Part shown: positions 21,760-35,287 of the stretch, piece by piece
Layout of the letters: each line of letters starts with the position of its first letter
Numbering within the stretch: position 1 is the first letter of the stretch
Origin: Escherichia coli
GTDB taxonomy: Bacteria; Pseudomonadota; Gammaproteobacteria; Enterobacterales; Enterobacteriaceae
Strand: one strand, 5' to 3'
Assembly: GCF_050920415.1 (NCBI RefSeq)
Contig: NZ_CP169309.1
Length of the DNA: 64,000 nt
Translations under genes and position numbers: made by a program
The notes under the pieces: generated by a model
The model's database searches: none
Told to the model about the DNA's origin: nothing
What the model saw: only the letters and a program-made list of their open reading frames with translations

Positions 21760-24000
21760 ATGAACAAGAAGATTCATTCCCTGGCCTTGTTGGTCAATCT
21801 GGGGATTTATGGGGTAGCACAGGCACAAGAGCCAACCGATACTCCTGTTTCACATGACGATACCATCGTGGTCACCGCCGCCGAGCAGAACTTGCAGGCG
21901 CCTGGCGTTTCGACCATCACCGCAGATGAAATCCGCAAAAACCCGGTTGCCCGCGATGTGTCGGAGATCATCCGTACCATGCCAGGCGTTAACCTGACTG
22001 GTAACTCCACCAGTGGTCAGCGTGGTAATAACCGCCAGATTGATATTCGCGGCATGGGTCCGGAAAACACGCTGATTTTGATTGACGGTAAGCCTGTCAG
22101 CAGCCGTAACTCGGTGCGTCAGGGCTGGCGTGGCGAGCGTGATACCCGTGGTGATACCTCCTGGGTGCCGCCTGAAATGATTGAACGTATTGAAGTTCTG
22201 CGTGGTCCGGCAGCTGCGCGTTATGGCAACGGCGCGGCGGGCGGCGTGGTTAACATCATTACCAAAAAAGGCAGCGGCGAGTGGCACGGCTCATGGGATG
22301 CTTATTTCAATGCGCCAGAGCATAAAGAGGAAGGTGCCACCAAACGCACCAACTTCAGCTTGACCGGTCCGCTGGGCGACCAATTCAGCTTCCGTTTATA
22401 TGGCAACCTCGACAAAACTCAGGCTGATGCGTGGGATATTAACCAGGGCCATCAGTCAGCGCGTGCCGGAACGTATGCCACGACGTTACCAGCCGGGCGC
22501 GAAGGGGTGATCAACAAAGATATCAATGGCGTGGTGCGTTGGGACTTCGCCCCTATGCAGTCACTCGAACTTGAAGCGGGCTACAGCCGCCAGGGTAACC
22601 TGTATGCGGGTGACACCCAGAACACCAACTCTGACGCTTACACTCGCTCTAAATATGGCGATGAAACCAACCGCCTGTATCGCCAGAACTACTCGCTGAC
22701 CTGGAACGGTGGCTGGGATAACGGCGTGACCACCAGCAACTGGGTGCAGTACGAACACACCCGTAACTCGCGTATTCCGGAAGGCCTGGCGGGCGGCACC
22801 GAAGGGAAATTTAACGAAAAAGCGACACAAGATTTCGTCGATATCGATCTTGATGACGTGATGTTGCACAGCGAAGTTAACCTGCCGATTGATTTCCTCG
22901 TTAACCAGACGCTGACGCTGGGGACCGAGTGGAATCAGCAGCGGATGAAGGACTTAAGTTCCAACACCCAGGCGCTGACCGGAACGAATACCGGCGGTGC
23001 TATTGATGGTGTAAGTGCCACTGACCGTAGCCCATATTCAAAGGCAGAAATTTTCTCGCTATTTGCCGAAAACAACATGGAGCTGACTGACAGCACCATC
23101 GTAACGCCGGGGCTGCGTTTCGATCATCACAGCATTGTTGGCAATAACTGGAGTCCGGCGCTGAATATATCGCAAGGTTTAGGCGATGACTTCACGCTGA
23201 AAATGGGCATCGCCCGTGCTTATAAAGCGCCGAGCCTGTACCAGACTAACCCGAACTACATTCTCTACAGTAAAGGTCAGGGCTGCTATGCCAGCGCGGG
23301 CGGCTGCTATTTGCAAGGTAATGATGACCTGAAAGCAGAAACCAGCATCAACAAAGAGATTGGTCTGGAGTTCAAACGCGACGGCTGGCTGGCGGGTGTC
23401 ACCTGGTTCCGTAACGATTATCGCAATAAGATTGAAGCGGGCTATGTGGCTGTAGGGCAAAACGCAGTCGGCACCGATCTCTATCAGTGGGATAACGTGC
23501 CGAAAGCGGTGGTTGAAGGTCTGGAAGGATCGTTAAACGTACCGGTTAGCGAAACGGTGATGTGGACCAACAACATCACTTATATGCTGAAGAGTGAAAA
23601 CAAAACCACGGGCGACCGTTTGTCGATCATCCCGGAGTATACGTTGAACTCAACGCTGAGCTGGCAGGCACGGGAAGATTTGTCGATGCAAACGACCTTC
23701 ACCTGGTACGGCAAGCAGCAGCCGAAGAAGTACAACTATAAAGGCCAGCCAGCGGTTGGACCGGAAACCAAAGAAATCAGTCCGTACAGCATTGTGGGCC
23801 TGAGCGCGACCTGGGATGTGACGAAGAATGTCAGTCTGACCGGCGGCGTGGACAACCTGTTCGACAAGCGTTTGTGGCGTGCGGGTAATGCCCAGACCAC
23901 GGGCGATCTGGCAGGAGCCAACTATATCGCCGGTGCCGGGGCGTATACCTATAACGAGCCGGGACGTACATGGTATATGAGCATTAATACGCACTTCTGA
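21760..24000 (+). CDS. fepA: TonB-dependent ferric-enterobactin outer-membrane receptor FepA
   Basis: ORF frame 21700-24000; recognised start MNKKIHSLALLVNLGIYGVAQAQEPTDTPVSHDDTIVVTAAEQN at 21760 (signal peptide plus TonB box DTIVVTA); C-terminal aromatic residue. Confidence 0.93.
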   Translation: MNKKIHSLALLVNLGIYGVAQAQEPTDTPVSHDDTIVVTAAEQNLQAPGVSTITADEIRKNPVARDVSEIIRTMPGVNLTGNSTSGQRGNNRQIDIRGMGPENTLILIDGKPVSSRNSVRQGWRGERDTRGDTSWVPPEMIERIEVLRGPAAARYGNGAAGGVVNIITKKGSGEWHGSWDAYFNAPEHKEEGATKRTNFSLTGPLGDQFSFRLYGNLDKTQADAWDINQGHQSARAGTYATTLPAGREGVINKDINGVVRWDFAPMQSLELEAGYSRQGNLYAGDTQNTNSDAYTRSKYGDETNRLYRQNYSLTWNGGWDNGVTTSNWVQYEHTRNSRIPEGLAGGTEGKFNEKATQDFVDIDLDDVMLHSEVNLPIDFLVNQTLTLGTEWNQQRMKDLSSNTQALTGTNTGGAIDGVSATDRSPYSKAEIFSLFAENNMELTDSTIVTPGLRFDHHSIVGNNWSPALNISQGLGDDFTLKMGIARAYKAPSLYQTNPNYILYSKGQGCYASAGGCYLQGNDDLKAETSINKEIGLEFKRDGWLAGVTWFRNDYRNKIEAGYVAVGQNAVGTDLYQWDNVPKAVVEGLEGSLNVPVSETVMWTNNITYMLKSENKTTGDRLSIIPEYTLNSTLSWQAREDLSMQTTFTWYGKQQPKKYNYKGQPAVGPETKEISPYSIVGLSATWDVTKNVSLTGGVDNLFDKRLWRAGNAQTTGDLAGANYIAGAGAYTYNEPGRTWYMSINTHF

Positions 24001-24039
24001 TGCTAACGTCAGATTGTTGACAAAGTGCGCGTCGTTCAT

Positions 24040-24138
24040 GCCGGATGCGGCGTGAACGCCTTATCCGGCCTACAAAAATCTTGCCAATTCAATATATTGC
24101 AGGATAGTGTAGGCCTGATAAGCGTAGCGCATCAGGCA
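24040..24138. repeat. REP/BIME elements between fepA and entD
   Basis: tgccggatgcggcgtgaacgccttatccggcctac and gtaggcctgataagcgtagcgcatcaggca are two REP-consensus palindromes in opposite orientation. Confidence 0.7.
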
Positions 24139-24165
24139 GTTTTGCGTTTGTCATCAGTCTCTAAT

Positions 24166-24795
24166 ATGGTCGACATGAAAACTACGCATACCTCCCTCCC
24201 CTTTGCCGGACATACGCTGCATTTTGTTGAGTTCGATCCAGTAAGTTTTCGCGAGCAGGATTTACTCTGGCTGCCACACTACGCACAACTGCAACACGCT
24301 GGACGTAAACGTAAAACAGAGCATTTAGCCGGACGGATCGCTGCTGTTTACGCCTTGCGGGAATATGGCTATAAATGTGTGCCCGCAATCGGCGAGCTAC
24401 GCCAACCTGTGTGGCCTGCGGAGGTATACGGCAGTATTAGCCACTGCGAGACTACGGCATTAGCCGTGGCATCTCGTCAACCGATTGGCATTGATATCGA
24501 AGAGATTTTCTCTGTACAAACCGCAAGAGAATTGACAGACAACATTATTACACCAGCAGAACACGAGCGACTCGCAGAATGCGGTTTAGCCTTTTCTCTG
24601 GCGCTGACACTGGCATTTTCCGCCAAAGAGAGCGCATTTAAGGCAAGTGAGATCCAAACTGATGCAGGTTTTCTGGACTATCAGATAATTAGCTGGAATA
24701 AACAGCAGATCATCATTCGACTAGAGGATGAGCAGTTTGCTGTGCACTGGCAGATAAAAGAAAAAATAGTCATAACGCTGTGCCAACACGATTAA
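24166..24795 (+). CDS. entD: 4'-phosphopantetheinyl transferase EntD
   Basis: ORF frame 24025-24795; recognised start MVDMKTTHTSLPFAGHTLHFVEFDPVSF at ATG 24166; downstream of fepA on the same strand. Confidence 0.88.
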   Translation: MVDMKTTHTSLPFAGHTLHFVEFDPVSFREQDLLWLPHYAQLQHAGRKRKTEHLAGRIAAVYALREYGYKCVPAIGELRQPVWPAEVYGSISHCETTALAVASRQPIGIDIEEIFSVQTARELTDNIITPAEHERLAECGLAFSLALTLAFSAKESAFKASEIQTDAGFLDYQIISWNKQQIIIRLEDEQFAVHWQIKEKIVITLCQHD

Positions 24796-24916
24796 TTGAC
24801 AACATCTGGTACGATTCGCCCGCAGCCATCACTGACCACGGGCGAAAGTGTAAAGCAGGTGCCTTACCATCCTGACCTGACAACCGGATATGCGGGGATT
24901 ACTCCCCGCACAACGG

Positions 24917-25069
24917 CTACTTCTTCGGTTCGTAAGCGAGAACAGCCCTGAACTCAATATTACGTTCCTTTACGGTGAACTCACACAGCGAGTCGCCGAC
25001 CAGAAGCGTAAATCCCAGCACTGTCAAACACAGCACTATGACCGCCACAAGGGCATATTTCGTCAGCAT
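24917..25069 (-). CDS. hokE: Hok-family membrane toxin, copy 1 (upstream frame fused in-frame by a 1-nt deletion)
   Basis: 50-aa [50 protein letters not shown] at the end of the 24917-25213 ORF; start codon at 25067-25069. Confidence 0.8.
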   Translation of the reverse strand: MLTKYALVAVIVLCLTVLGFTLLVGDSLCEFTVKERNIEFRAVLAYEPKK

Positions 25070-25418
25070 GTTTATATTGCCTCCATGCGAAGAAGGGACT
25101 ACCATCCAAATTGTCTGGTTTGGAGTGGCGGCCCCAGGGTTGATAGAAATATCTCCTGGGGCTTCATCTTTCCAGACCTCAGAGTTAACCTGAAACCGGA
25201 AAGCTTCAGGCACCCGCCGTTATCTTACCCTTCCTTAGCAAAATGGCTGTTTATTTATACAGTAAATCCTGTTCCGGACTTTTCATTAGTATTATCGCCC
25301 ATGCCAGTTAAACGACATCGCCCGCAGCCATCACTGACCACGGGCGAAAATGTAAAGCAGGTGCCTTACCACCCTGAACTGACAACCGGATATGCGGGGA
25401 TTACTCCCCGCACAACGG

Positions 25419-25571
25419 CTACTTCTTCGGTTCGTAAGCGAGAACAGCCCTGAACTCAATATTATGTTCCTTTACGGTGAACTCACACAGCGAGTCGCCG
25501 ACCAGAAGCGTAAATCCCAGCACTGTCAAACACAGCACTATGACCGCCACAAGGGCATATTTCGTCAGCAT
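25419..25571 (-). CDS. hokE: Hok-family membrane toxin, copy 2
   Basis: 50-aa [50 protein letters not shown]; an overlapping out-of-frame ORF (25483-25716) is in the position expected for mok. Confidence 0.8.
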   Translation of the reverse strand: MLTKYALVAVIVLCLTVLGFTLLVGDSLCEFTVKEHNIEFRAVLAYEPKK

Positions 25572-25921
25572 GTTTATATTGCCTCCATGCGAAGAAGGGA
25601 CTACCATCCGAGTTGTTGAGGTTCGGAGTGGCAGCCCCAGGGTTGATAGAAATATCTCCTGGGGCTTCATCTTTCCAGACCTCAGAGTAAACCTGAAACC
25701 GGAAAGCTTCAGGCACCCGCCGTTATCTTACCCTTCCTTAGCAAAATGGCTGTTTATTTATACAGTGAGTCCTGTTTCGGACTTCTGTTGGCAAAACTGA
25801 TCATTGCTCTTAAAACGACATCGCCCGCAGCCATCACTGACCGCGGGCGAAAGTGTAAAGCAGGTGCCTTACCATCCTGACCTGACAACCGGATATGCGG
25901 GGATTACTCCCCGCACAACGG

Positions 25922-26074
25922 CTACTTCTTCGGTTCGTAAGCGAGAACAGCCTTAAACTCAATATTACGTTCCTTCACCGTAAACTCACACAGCGAGTCT
26001 CCGACCAGAACCGTAAATCCCAGCACCGTCAAACACAGCACTATGACTGCCACAAGGGCATATTTCGTCAGCAT
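25922..26074 (-). CDS. hokE: Hok-family membrane toxin, copy 3
   Basis: 50-aa [50 protein letters not shown]; overlapping out-of-frame mok-like ORF 25986-26219. Confidence 0.8.
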   Translation of the reverse strand: MLTKYALVAVIVLCLTVLGFTVLVGDSLCEFTVKERNIEFKAVLAYEPKK

Positions 26075-26515
26075 GTTTATATTGCCTCCATGCGAAGAAG
26101 GGACTACCATCCAAATTGTTTGGGTTTGGAGTGGCAGCCCCAGGGTTGATAGAAATATCTCCTGGGGCTTCATCTTTCCAGACCTCAGAGTAAACCTGAA
26201 ACCGGAAAGCTTCAGGCACCCGCCGTTATCTTACCCTTCCTCAACAAAATAGCTGTTTATTTATACAGTTAGTCTTATTTCGGACTTCTCACTACGCATC
26301 AGATCAACCGAAACTAAACCAATTTTTCCTTCGCCCCTCAATCGTCAAAATTCTCCGCCGCCAGCCAGCTCTGCCATAACTTGGCACATTGCAAAAGTAG
26401 CCAAATTGCTTCAGTAGCAATCAGTTCACCATCACCAAAAAAAGAAACATTCCAGAACTTCCGCATCTCTCCCGGCCGCTCCCACTTCTATACTCAAATG
26501 AAAACGCCAACATAA

Positions 26516-27643
<1,128 letters not shown>

Positions 27644-27708
27644 GTCGGGAATTGCCTTACAGAAGAATATCCCTGACAATGGTGTTTTAACTTACATTTA
27701 ACAATGTT

Positions 27709-27957
27709 ATGAAACACCCTTTAGAAACTTTGACCACCGCAGCAGGCATTTTGCTGATGGCTTTCCTCTCTTGCCTGCTGCTGCCCGCCCCCGCACTGGG
27801 GCTGACGCTGGCACAAAAACTGGTGAGCACGTTCCATCTGATGGATCTTAGCCAGCTTTACACTTTATTGTTTTGCCTGTGGTTTTTAGTGCTGGGCGCA
27901 ATTGAGTATTTTGTTCTGCGCTTTATCTGGCAACGCTGGTTCTCACTGGCGGATTAA
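27709..27957 (+). CDS. ybdJ: small inner-membrane protein YbdJ
   Basis: 82-aa ORF with two hydrophobic segments, [36 protein letters not shown]. Confidence 0.75.
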   Translation: MKHPLETLTTAAGILLMAFLSCLLLPAPALGLTLAQKLVSTFHLMDLSQLYTLLFCLWFLVLGAIEYFVLRFIWQRWFSLAD

Positions 27958-28021
27958 ACGTCGATTATCGCCGTACTTCACGGCATACTTTGCTTATTCT
28001 CCTTCGCCTAAAGGAACGTTT

Positions 28022-28390
28022 ATGGATAAGCAATCACTGCACGAAACGGCGAAACGCCTGGCCCTTGAGTTACCCTTTGTCGAGCTTTGCTGGCCTTTTG
28101 GCCCGGAGTTCGATGTCTTTAAAATTGGCGGCAAGATTTTTATGCTGTCGTCGGAGCTGCGCGGCGTCCCCTTTATCAATTTGAAGTCCGATCCACAAAA
28201 ATCCCTGTTAAATCAGCAGATATACCCGAGCATTAAGCCAGGGTATCACATGAATAAGAAGCACTGGATTTCAGTGTATCCAGGCGATGAGATCTCCGAA
28301 GCGTTACTGCGCGATCTTATCGATGATTCATGGAATTTAGTGGTTGATGGCTTATCTAAACGCGATCAAAAAAGAGTGCGCCCAGACTAA
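28022..28390 (+). CDS. ybdF: YbdF (DUF419-family protein)
   Basis: In-frame ATG at 28022 inside the 27902-28390 ORF; 122 aa [41 protein letters not shown]. Confidence 0.75.
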   Translation: MDKQSLHETAKRLALELPFVELCWPFGPEFDVFKIGGKIFMLSSELRGVPFINLKSDPQKSLLNQQIYPSIKPGYHMNKKHWISVYPGDEISEALLRDLIDDSWNLVVDGLSKRDQKRVRPD

Positions 28391-28484
28391 AAGCGAAAAT
28401 CTATAGCGCATTTTTCTCGCTTACCATTTCTCGTTGAACCTTGTAATCTGCTGGCACGCAAAATTACTTACACATGGAGTCTTT

Positions 28485-29138
28485 ATGGATATCATTTCTG
28501 TCGCCTTAAAGCGTCATTCCACTAAGGCATTTGATGCCAGCAAAAAACTTACCCCGGAACAGGCCGAGCAGATCAAAACGCTGCTGCAATACAGCCCATC
28601 CAGCACCAACTCCCAGCCGTGGCATTTTATTGTTGCCAGCACGGAAGAAGGCAAAGCGCGTGTTGCCAAATCCGCTGCCGGTAATTACGTGTTCAACGAG
28701 CGCAAAATGCTTGATGCCTCGCACGTCGTGGTGTTCTGTGCAAAAACCGCGATGGACGATGCCTGGCTGAAACAGGTTGTTGACCAGGAAGATGCCGATG
28801 GCCGCTTTGCCACGCCGGAAGCGAAAGCTGCGAACGATAAAGGTCGCAAATTCTTCGCCGATATGCACCGTAAAGATCTGCATGATGATGCGCAGTGGAT
28901 GGCAAAACAGGTTTACCTCAACGTCGGTAACTTCCTGCTGGGCGTTGCGGCGCTGGGTCTGGACGCGGTACCCATCGAAGGTTTTGACGCCGCAATCCTC
29001 GATGAAGAATTTGGTCTGAAAGAGAAAGGCTACACCAGCCTGGTGGTGGTTCCAGTGGGCCATCATAGCGTAGAGGATTTTAACGCGACTCTGCCGAAAT
29101 CTCGTCTGCCGCAAAGTATCACCTTAACCGAAGTGTAA
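28485..29138 (+). CDS. nfsB: oxygen-insensitive NAD(P)H nitroreductase NfsB
   Basis: ORF frame 28434-29138; recognised start [52 protein letters not shown] at 28485. Confidence 0.92.
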   Translation: MDIISVALKRHSTKAFDASKKLTPEQAEQIKTLLQYSPSSTNSQPWHFIVASTEEGKARVAKSAAGNYVFNERKMLDASHVVVFCAKTAMDDAWLKQVVDQEDADGRFATPEAKAANDKGRKFFADMHRKDLHDDAQWMAKQVYLNVGNFLLGVAALGLDAVPIEGFDAAILDEEFGLKEKGYTSLVVVPVGHHSVEDFNATLPKSRLPQSITLTEV

Positions 29139-29147
29139 TTCTCCCTT

Positions 29148-29170
29148 GCCGGGCATCTGCCCGGCTATTT
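29148..29170 (+). terminator. intrinsic terminator downstream of nfsB
   Basis: GC-rich hairpin gccgggcatctgcccggc (6-bp stem) followed by tattt. Confidence 0.7.
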
Positions 29171-29197
29171 CCCCTCAGATTATCCTGATTTGCATAA

Positions 29198-30493
<1,296 letters not shown>

Positions 30494-30501
30494 TTAAAAA
30501 A

Positions 30502-30531
30502 CCGCTCTCATCGAATGGATGAGAGCGGTTT
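30502..30531 (+). terminator. intrinsic terminator downstream of mscM
   Basis: Perfect hairpin ccgctctcatc gaatg gatgagagcgg flanked by an A-run upstream and ttta downstream. Confidence 0.75.
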
Positions 30532-30552
30532 AGGATGGTCGACATCGTTTTG

Positions 30553-30630
30553 TCGGATGTAGCGTGAACACCTTATCCGACTTACAGAATCGTTACAAAT
30601 TGTAGGCCCGATAAGCTTGCGCATCGGGCA
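30553..30630. repeat. REP elements between mscM and pheP
   Basis: gtcggatgtagcgtgaacaccttatccgac and gtaggcccgataagcttgcgcatcgggca resemble the REP consensus. Confidence 0.6.
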
Positions 30631-30648
30631 AATCAGCCTCACATCAGC

Positions 30649-32031
30649 TTAATTCGCTTTTCTACGCAATGTTTTAAACGCCACAAACAGGAATACAATC
30701 CACACCGGCAGCAAAATTGCCGACAAGCGCATATCATCCATCGTGCACATCAGCAGCAAAATCATGCCGAGGAAGGCAATGCAAAGATAATTGCCGAATG
30801 GATAAAGCAGCGCTTTAAACTGTGTTTCACGCCCCTGACGTCGCATCGCCGCGCGAAAACGCAGATGCGCCAGACAGATCATAATCCAGTTCAACAGCAA
30901 CGTTGCCACCACCAGCGCCATCAGCAGACCAAATGCTTTTTGCGGCAGCAGATAGTTGATCAGCACCACCAGAGAAGTGATCGCCCCGGAAAGCATCAGC
31001 GAGTTGATCGGCACACCGCGATGGCTAACGCGGGTAAGAAACTTCGGTGCATTACCCTGCACAGAAAGACCAAACAGCATCCGGCTGTTGGAGTAAACCC
31101 CGCTGTTGTATACCGATAATGATGCTACCAGAATGACGAAGTTCAGCGCAGAAGCCACCACATTGCTGTCAAGATTATGAAAAATCATCACAAACGGACT
31201 ACTGTTAGATTTCACTTCCACCCACGGGTAGAGTGCCAGTAATACCACCAGCGAACCGATATAAAACAGCAGAATGCGATACACCACCTGATTTACCGCT
31301 TTTGGAATGCTTTTTTCCGGCTCGCGCGCTTCAGCAGCAGTAATCCCAATCAGTTCCAGCCCGCCGAAGGAGAACATAATCACCGCCAGCGACAAAATCA
31401 GCCCATTCCAGCCAGTGGCAAAGAAACCACCGTAGCGCCAGAGGTTGTCGATACTGGCTTTCTCACCGCCGTGACCAGAAAACAGCAGCCACAGGCCAAA
31501 GCCAATCATGCCGATAATTGCCAGCACTTTAATCAGCGCAAACCAGAACTCAGTTTCGCCATATAAGCGCACGTTCACCAGGTTAACGGCGTTGATGATA
31601 ATAAAGAAGGCGGCAGCCCAGATCCAGGTGGGAACATCCGGGAACCAGTACTGCATATAGATGCCCGCAGCGGTGAGTTCAGCCATCCCCACCAGTACGA
31701 ACATCACCCAGTAGTTCCAGCCTGAGAGGAAGCCCGCAAACGGTCCCCAGTATTTATAGGCAAAGTGGGCAAACGAACCGGATACCGGCTCCTCAACCAC
31801 CATCTCGCCAAGCTGGCGCATGATCAGGAAAGCAATGATCCCGGCGACGCCGTAGCCCAACAATACAGCCGGACCTGCCATCTGAATCGCCGGGCCAATG
31901 CCAAGAAACAGACCAGTACCAATAGCGCCACCCAGCGCAATCAGTTGAATATGACGGTTATGTAATCCGCGATGAAGCGTCGGCTCTTTATTCGACGCAG
32001 TATCTTCCGATACGGTTGACGCGTTTTTCAC
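30649..32031 (-). CDS. pheP: phenylalanine-specific permease PheP (APC family)
   Basis: ORF frame 30649-32067; likely GTG start giving (M)KNASTVSEDTASNKEPTLHRGLHNRHIQLIALGGAIGTGLFLG; start assignment uncertain. Confidence 0.88.
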   Translation of the reverse strand: MKNASTVSEDTASNKEPTLHRGLHNRHIQLIALGGAIGTGLFLGIGPAIQMAGPAVLLGYGVAGIIAFLIMRQLGEMVVEEPVSGSFAHFAYKYWGPFAGFLSGWNYWVMFVLVGMAELTAAGIYMQYWFPDVPTWIWAAAFFIIINAVNLVNVRLYGETEFWFALIKVLAIIGMIGFGLWLLFSGHGGEKASIDNLWRYGGFFATGWNGLILSLAVIMFSFGGLELIGITAAEAREPEKSIPKAVNQVVYRILLFYIGSLVVLLALYPWVEVKSNSSPFVMIFHNLDSNVVASALNFVILVASLSVYNSGVYSNSRMLFGLSVQGNAPKFLTRVSHRGVPINSLMLSGAITSLVVLINYLLPQKAFGLLMALVVATLLLNWIMICLAHLRFRAAMRRQGRETQFKALLYPFGNYLCIAFLGMILLLMCTMDDMRLSAILLPVWIVFLFVAFKTLRRKAN

Positions 32032-32132
32032 GCCTTTCCCCTGTGTGTCTTTTTTGTTGAGGGGCACCTTTTAACATTTAGTGCCCATCGTCGCAAGACA
32101 CAATCCACACGGTTAAACCGGGTATCCTGCTT

Positions 32133-35100
32133 TTATTTCCGTACCCGATGTCGGTGCAGCCACATCAGCTTATACGCCGCCGGGATAATAAACAGCGACA
32201 GCAAAGGTGCGGTGATCATGCCGCCAATCATCGGCGCGGCAATCCGGCTCATCACCTCTGAACCTGCCCCCGTTCCCCACAGAATCGGCAGCAGACCCGC
32301 GATAATCACCGCCACAGTCATCGCTTTCGGGCGCACACGCAGCACCGCGCCGTGATATAACGCTTCATCCAGCTTCTGCTCGCTGAATGTTTGCGGATTA
32401 TCCAGGGATGGCTCTGCCTCTATGGCGTGACGTAAATACATCAGCATCACCACGCCAAATTCGGCGGCGACTCCCGCGAGGGCGATAAAGCCAGTGCCCG
32501 TTGCCACGGAAAGATGAAAGTCCATCCACCACAGTAACCAGATGCCACCCACCAGCGCAAACGGTACGCTGCTGATAATCAGCAACGCTTCGCCCACCCG
32601 ACGGAACGCCAGATACAACAGCACGAAGATGATCATCAACGTCATCGGCACCATGAGTTTCAGCTTGTGGTTGGCACGCTCCAGCAACTCGAACTGCCCG
32701 GAGAATGCCACGCTGGTACCCGGTTTTAACTGCACTTTTTCAGCTATCGCTTTTTGCAAATCGTGAACTACCGACACCATGTCACGATCGCGGGCATCGA
32801 TATAAATCCAGCTTGTCGGGCGCGCATTCTCGGTTTTCAGCATCGACGGTCCGGTAGAGACTTTAACGTCGGCCACATCCGCCAGGGTGATTTGCTGCTT
32901 CATCGGCGTCAGGATCGGTAGCTGGCGCAGCGCCTGTGGGCTATCGCGCCAGCTTTGCGGATAACGCAGATTAATTGGATAACGGGCAATCCCTTCCACC
33001 GTTTCACCAACCATCGCCCCGCCCACCGCAGATGTCACAAACAACTGCACATCCGCCACCGTCATACCGTAACGGGCGGCTTTTTCACGGTTGATCTCAA
33101 CGTTGATATAGCGCCCACCTTCCAGACGTTCAGCAAGGGCTGAGGCCACGCCTGGCACCGTTCGCGCCACTTCTTCAATTTGCTCCGCCATCGCGTCGAT
33201 ATCCGCCAGCACAGTGCCGGAAACTTTAATGCCGATAGGGCTTTTAATGCCGGTCGAGAGCATATCGATACGGTTACGGATTGGCGGCACCCACAGATTC
33301 GCCAGCCCCGGCAGACGCACGGTGTTATCCAGTTCCTCAATAATTTTTTCCATGGTCATGCCAGGCCGCCACTGATCCTGTGGCTTAAGCTGGATGGTCG
33401 TTTCTACCATCTCCAGCGGTGCGGAGTCGGTGGCGGTTTCCGCTTTCCCGGTTTTGCCAAACACCCGCGCCACTTCAGGTACGCTCATAATCAGCTTGTC
33501 GGTTTTTTGCAGCATACTCGCCGCCTCCGCTGCGGAAATCCCCGGCAGTGTCGATGGCATATACAACAAGTCGCCTTCATTGATCTGCGGTAAAAATTCT
33601 CCGCCAACTTTATTGAGCGGCCAGAGAACCGTCAGTACCGAAAGCGCCGCCACCAACAGCGTGGTTTTAGGCCAGTGCAGTACTTTCAGCAACAGCGGAT
33701 GATAAACACGAATCAAAAAGCGATTGAGCGGATTACTGCTTTCCGGTGGAATTTTTCCACGGATCCAGTAGCCCATCAGGATGGGGATCACTACGATCGC
33801 CAGCAGCGCCGCGCCCGCCATCGCATACGTTTTGGTGAACGCCAGCGGGCCAAACAGACGCCCTTCCTGCCCTTCCAGAGTGAAGATCGGGATAAACGAC
33901 AGCGTGATAATCAGCAAGCTGATAAACAGCGCCGGCCCCACTTCAACAGATGCATCGGTGATCACCTGCCAGCGCGTTTTATTATCCAGCGTGGCGTCAG
34001 GATGCTGGTGCTGCCACTCTTCCAGCCGTTTATGCGCATTCTCGATCATGACGATAGCGGCATCGACCATCGCCCCGACGGCAATCGCAATACCGCCCAG
34101 CGACATAATATTGGCATTCAGTCCCTGGAAGTGCATGACAATAAAAGCAATACACAACCCCAGCGGCAACGAAATAATCGCCACCAGCGCCGAGCGCACA
34201 TGCCAGAGAAACAGCGCGCAGACAACCGCCACCACAATAAACTCTTCCAGCAACTTGCCGCTGAGGTTGTCGATGGCTCGGTCAATAAGCTGGCTGCGAT
34301 CGTATGTTGTAACTATCTCCACGCCTTCCGGCAGACTGCTTTTCAGCGTTTCCAGTTTGTCCTTCACGGCGGCGATCACTTCACGGGCGTTTTTGCCGGA
34401 GCGCAGGATCACCACCCCGCCCGCCACTTCGCCTTCACCATTGAGTTCGGCAATGCCCCGGCGCATCTCCGGGCCAATCTGGACCTTCGCAACATCACGC
34501 AGATAAACGGGCACGCCATTTTCGCTGGCTTTTAAAACGATGTGATTAAAGTCGTCGAGCGTTTGCAGATAGCCGCTGGCGCGCACCATATATTCCGCTT
34601 CCGCCAGTTCGATCGACGAACCGCCCGCTTCCTGGTTTGAAGCATCCAGCGCATTTTTCACTTCGGCGAGACTGATGCCATACTGCGCCAGGCGCTGAGG
34701 ATCGATAACCACCTGATACTCTTTCACCACACCGCCCACCGACGCCACTTCCGCAACGTCAGGGATGGTTTTCAGCTCATATTTGAGAAACCAGTCCTGC
34801 AATGAACGTAAATCGGCCAGATCGTGCTTACCGCTGCGATCCACCAGCGCGTATTCATAGATCCAGCCAACACCCGTGGCATCTGGCCCCAACTCGGCGC
34901 TGACTCCCGCAGGCAGCTTACCCTGTACCTGGTTGAGGTACTCCAGCACCCGCGAGCGCGCCCAGTACGGATCGGTGCCATCTTCGAAAATGACATATAC
35001 ATAAGAGTCGCCAAACTGCGAGAAACCGCGCACAGTCTTCGCGCCAGGTACTGACAACATGGTGGTGGTTAGCGGATAAGTCACCTGATTTTCAACGATT

Positions 35101-35276
35101 TGCGGAGCCTGACCGGGATAGCTGGTTTTAATAATCACCTGCACATCGGAGAGATCCGGCAGCGCATCCACTGGCGTGTTAATGATAGTCCAGGTGCCCC
35201 AGATACTCAGAAACAACGCGCCCATCAGCACCAGAAAACGGTTCGCCACCGAGCGACGAATAATCCATTCAATCAT
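32133..35276 (-). CDS. cusA: copper/silver RND efflux pump CusA
   Basis: 1047-aa RND-family [52 protein letters not shown]; follows cusC-cusF-cusB on the same strand. Confidence 0.95.
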   Translation of the reverse strand: MIEWIIRRSVANRFLVLMGALFLSIWGTWTIINTPVDALPDLSDVQVIIKTSYPGQAPQIVENQVTYPLTTTMLSVPGAKTVRGFSQFGDSYVYVIFEDGTDPYWARSRVLEYLNQVQGKLPAGVSAELGPDATGVGWIYEYALVDRSGKHDLADLRSLQDWFLKYELKTIPDVAEVASVGGVVKEYQVVIDPQRLAQYGISLAEVKNALDASNQEAGGSSIELAEAEYMVRASGYLQTLDDFNHIVLKASENGVPVYLRDVAKVQIGPEMRRGIAELNGEGEVAGGVVILRSGKNAREVIAAVKDKLETLKSSLPEGVEIVTTYDRSQLIDRAIDNLSGKLLEEFIVVAVVCALFLWHVRSALVAIISLPLGLCIAFIVMHFQGLNANIMSLGGIAIAVGAMVDAAIVMIENAHKRLEEWQHQHPDATLDNKTRWQVITDASVEVGPALFISLLIITLSFIPIFTLEGQEGRLFGPLAFTKTYAMAGAALLAIVVIPILMGYWIRGKIPPESSNPLNRFLIRVYHPLLLKVLHWPKTTLLVAALSVLTVLWPLNKVGGEFLPQINEGDLLYMPSTLPGISAAEAASMLQKTDKLIMSVPEVARVFGKTGKAETATDSAPLEMVETTIQLKPQDQWRPGMTMEKIIEELDNTVRLPGLANLWVPPIRNRIDMLSTGIKSPIGIKVSGTVLADIDAMAEQIEEVARTVPGVASALAERLEGGRYINVEINREKAARYGMTVADVQLFVTSAVGGAMVGETVEGIARYPINLRYPQSWRDSPQALRQLPILTPMKQQITLADVADVKVSTGPSMLKTENARPTSWIYIDARDRDMVSVVHDLQKAIAEKVQLKPGTSVAFSGQFELLERANHKLKLMVPMTLMIIFVLLYLAFRRVGEALLIISSVPFALVGGIWLLWWMDFHLSVATGTGFIALAGVAAEFGVVMLMYLRHAIEAEPSLDNPQTFSEQKLDEALYHGAVLRVRPKAMTVAVIIAGLLPILWGTGAGSEVMSRIAAPMIGGMITAPLLSLFIIPAAYKLMWLHRHRVRK

Positions 35277-35287
35277 TGGTTATTCCC

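Larger units (their letters stand above)
24811..26290 (-). repeat. three head-to-tail repeat units (about 502-503 bp each) of a hok/mok/sok-type type I toxin-antitoxin locus
   Basis: Units start at about 24811, 25319 and 25822, each beginning cgcccgcagccatcactgacc[a/g]cgggcg (hok mRNA 3' stem-loop on the minus strand); near-identical with scattered substitutions. Confidence 0.85.

Noticed and set aside
24890-26252. Plus-strand ORFs repeated three times across the hok array (e.g. 24890-25453, 25392-25619, 25895-26149, 24975-25193, 25477-25800, 26043-26252)
   Set aside because: They lie antisense to the hok/mok coding region and recur only because the DNA is triplicated; no independent coding evidence. 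The antisense strand here is expected to encode the short non-coding Sok RNA, not a protein.
24811-26290. Possible CRISPR array (regularly spaced repeats)
   Set aside because: The repeat unit is about 500 bp and protein-coding (hok), not 25-40-bp repeats with unique spacers; no CRISPR arrays or cas genes were seen anywhere in the window.
33675-34535. Plus-strand ORFs (286 aa and 241 aa) inside cusA
   Set aside because: Antisense to cusA; low-complexity composition with no recognisable domain.
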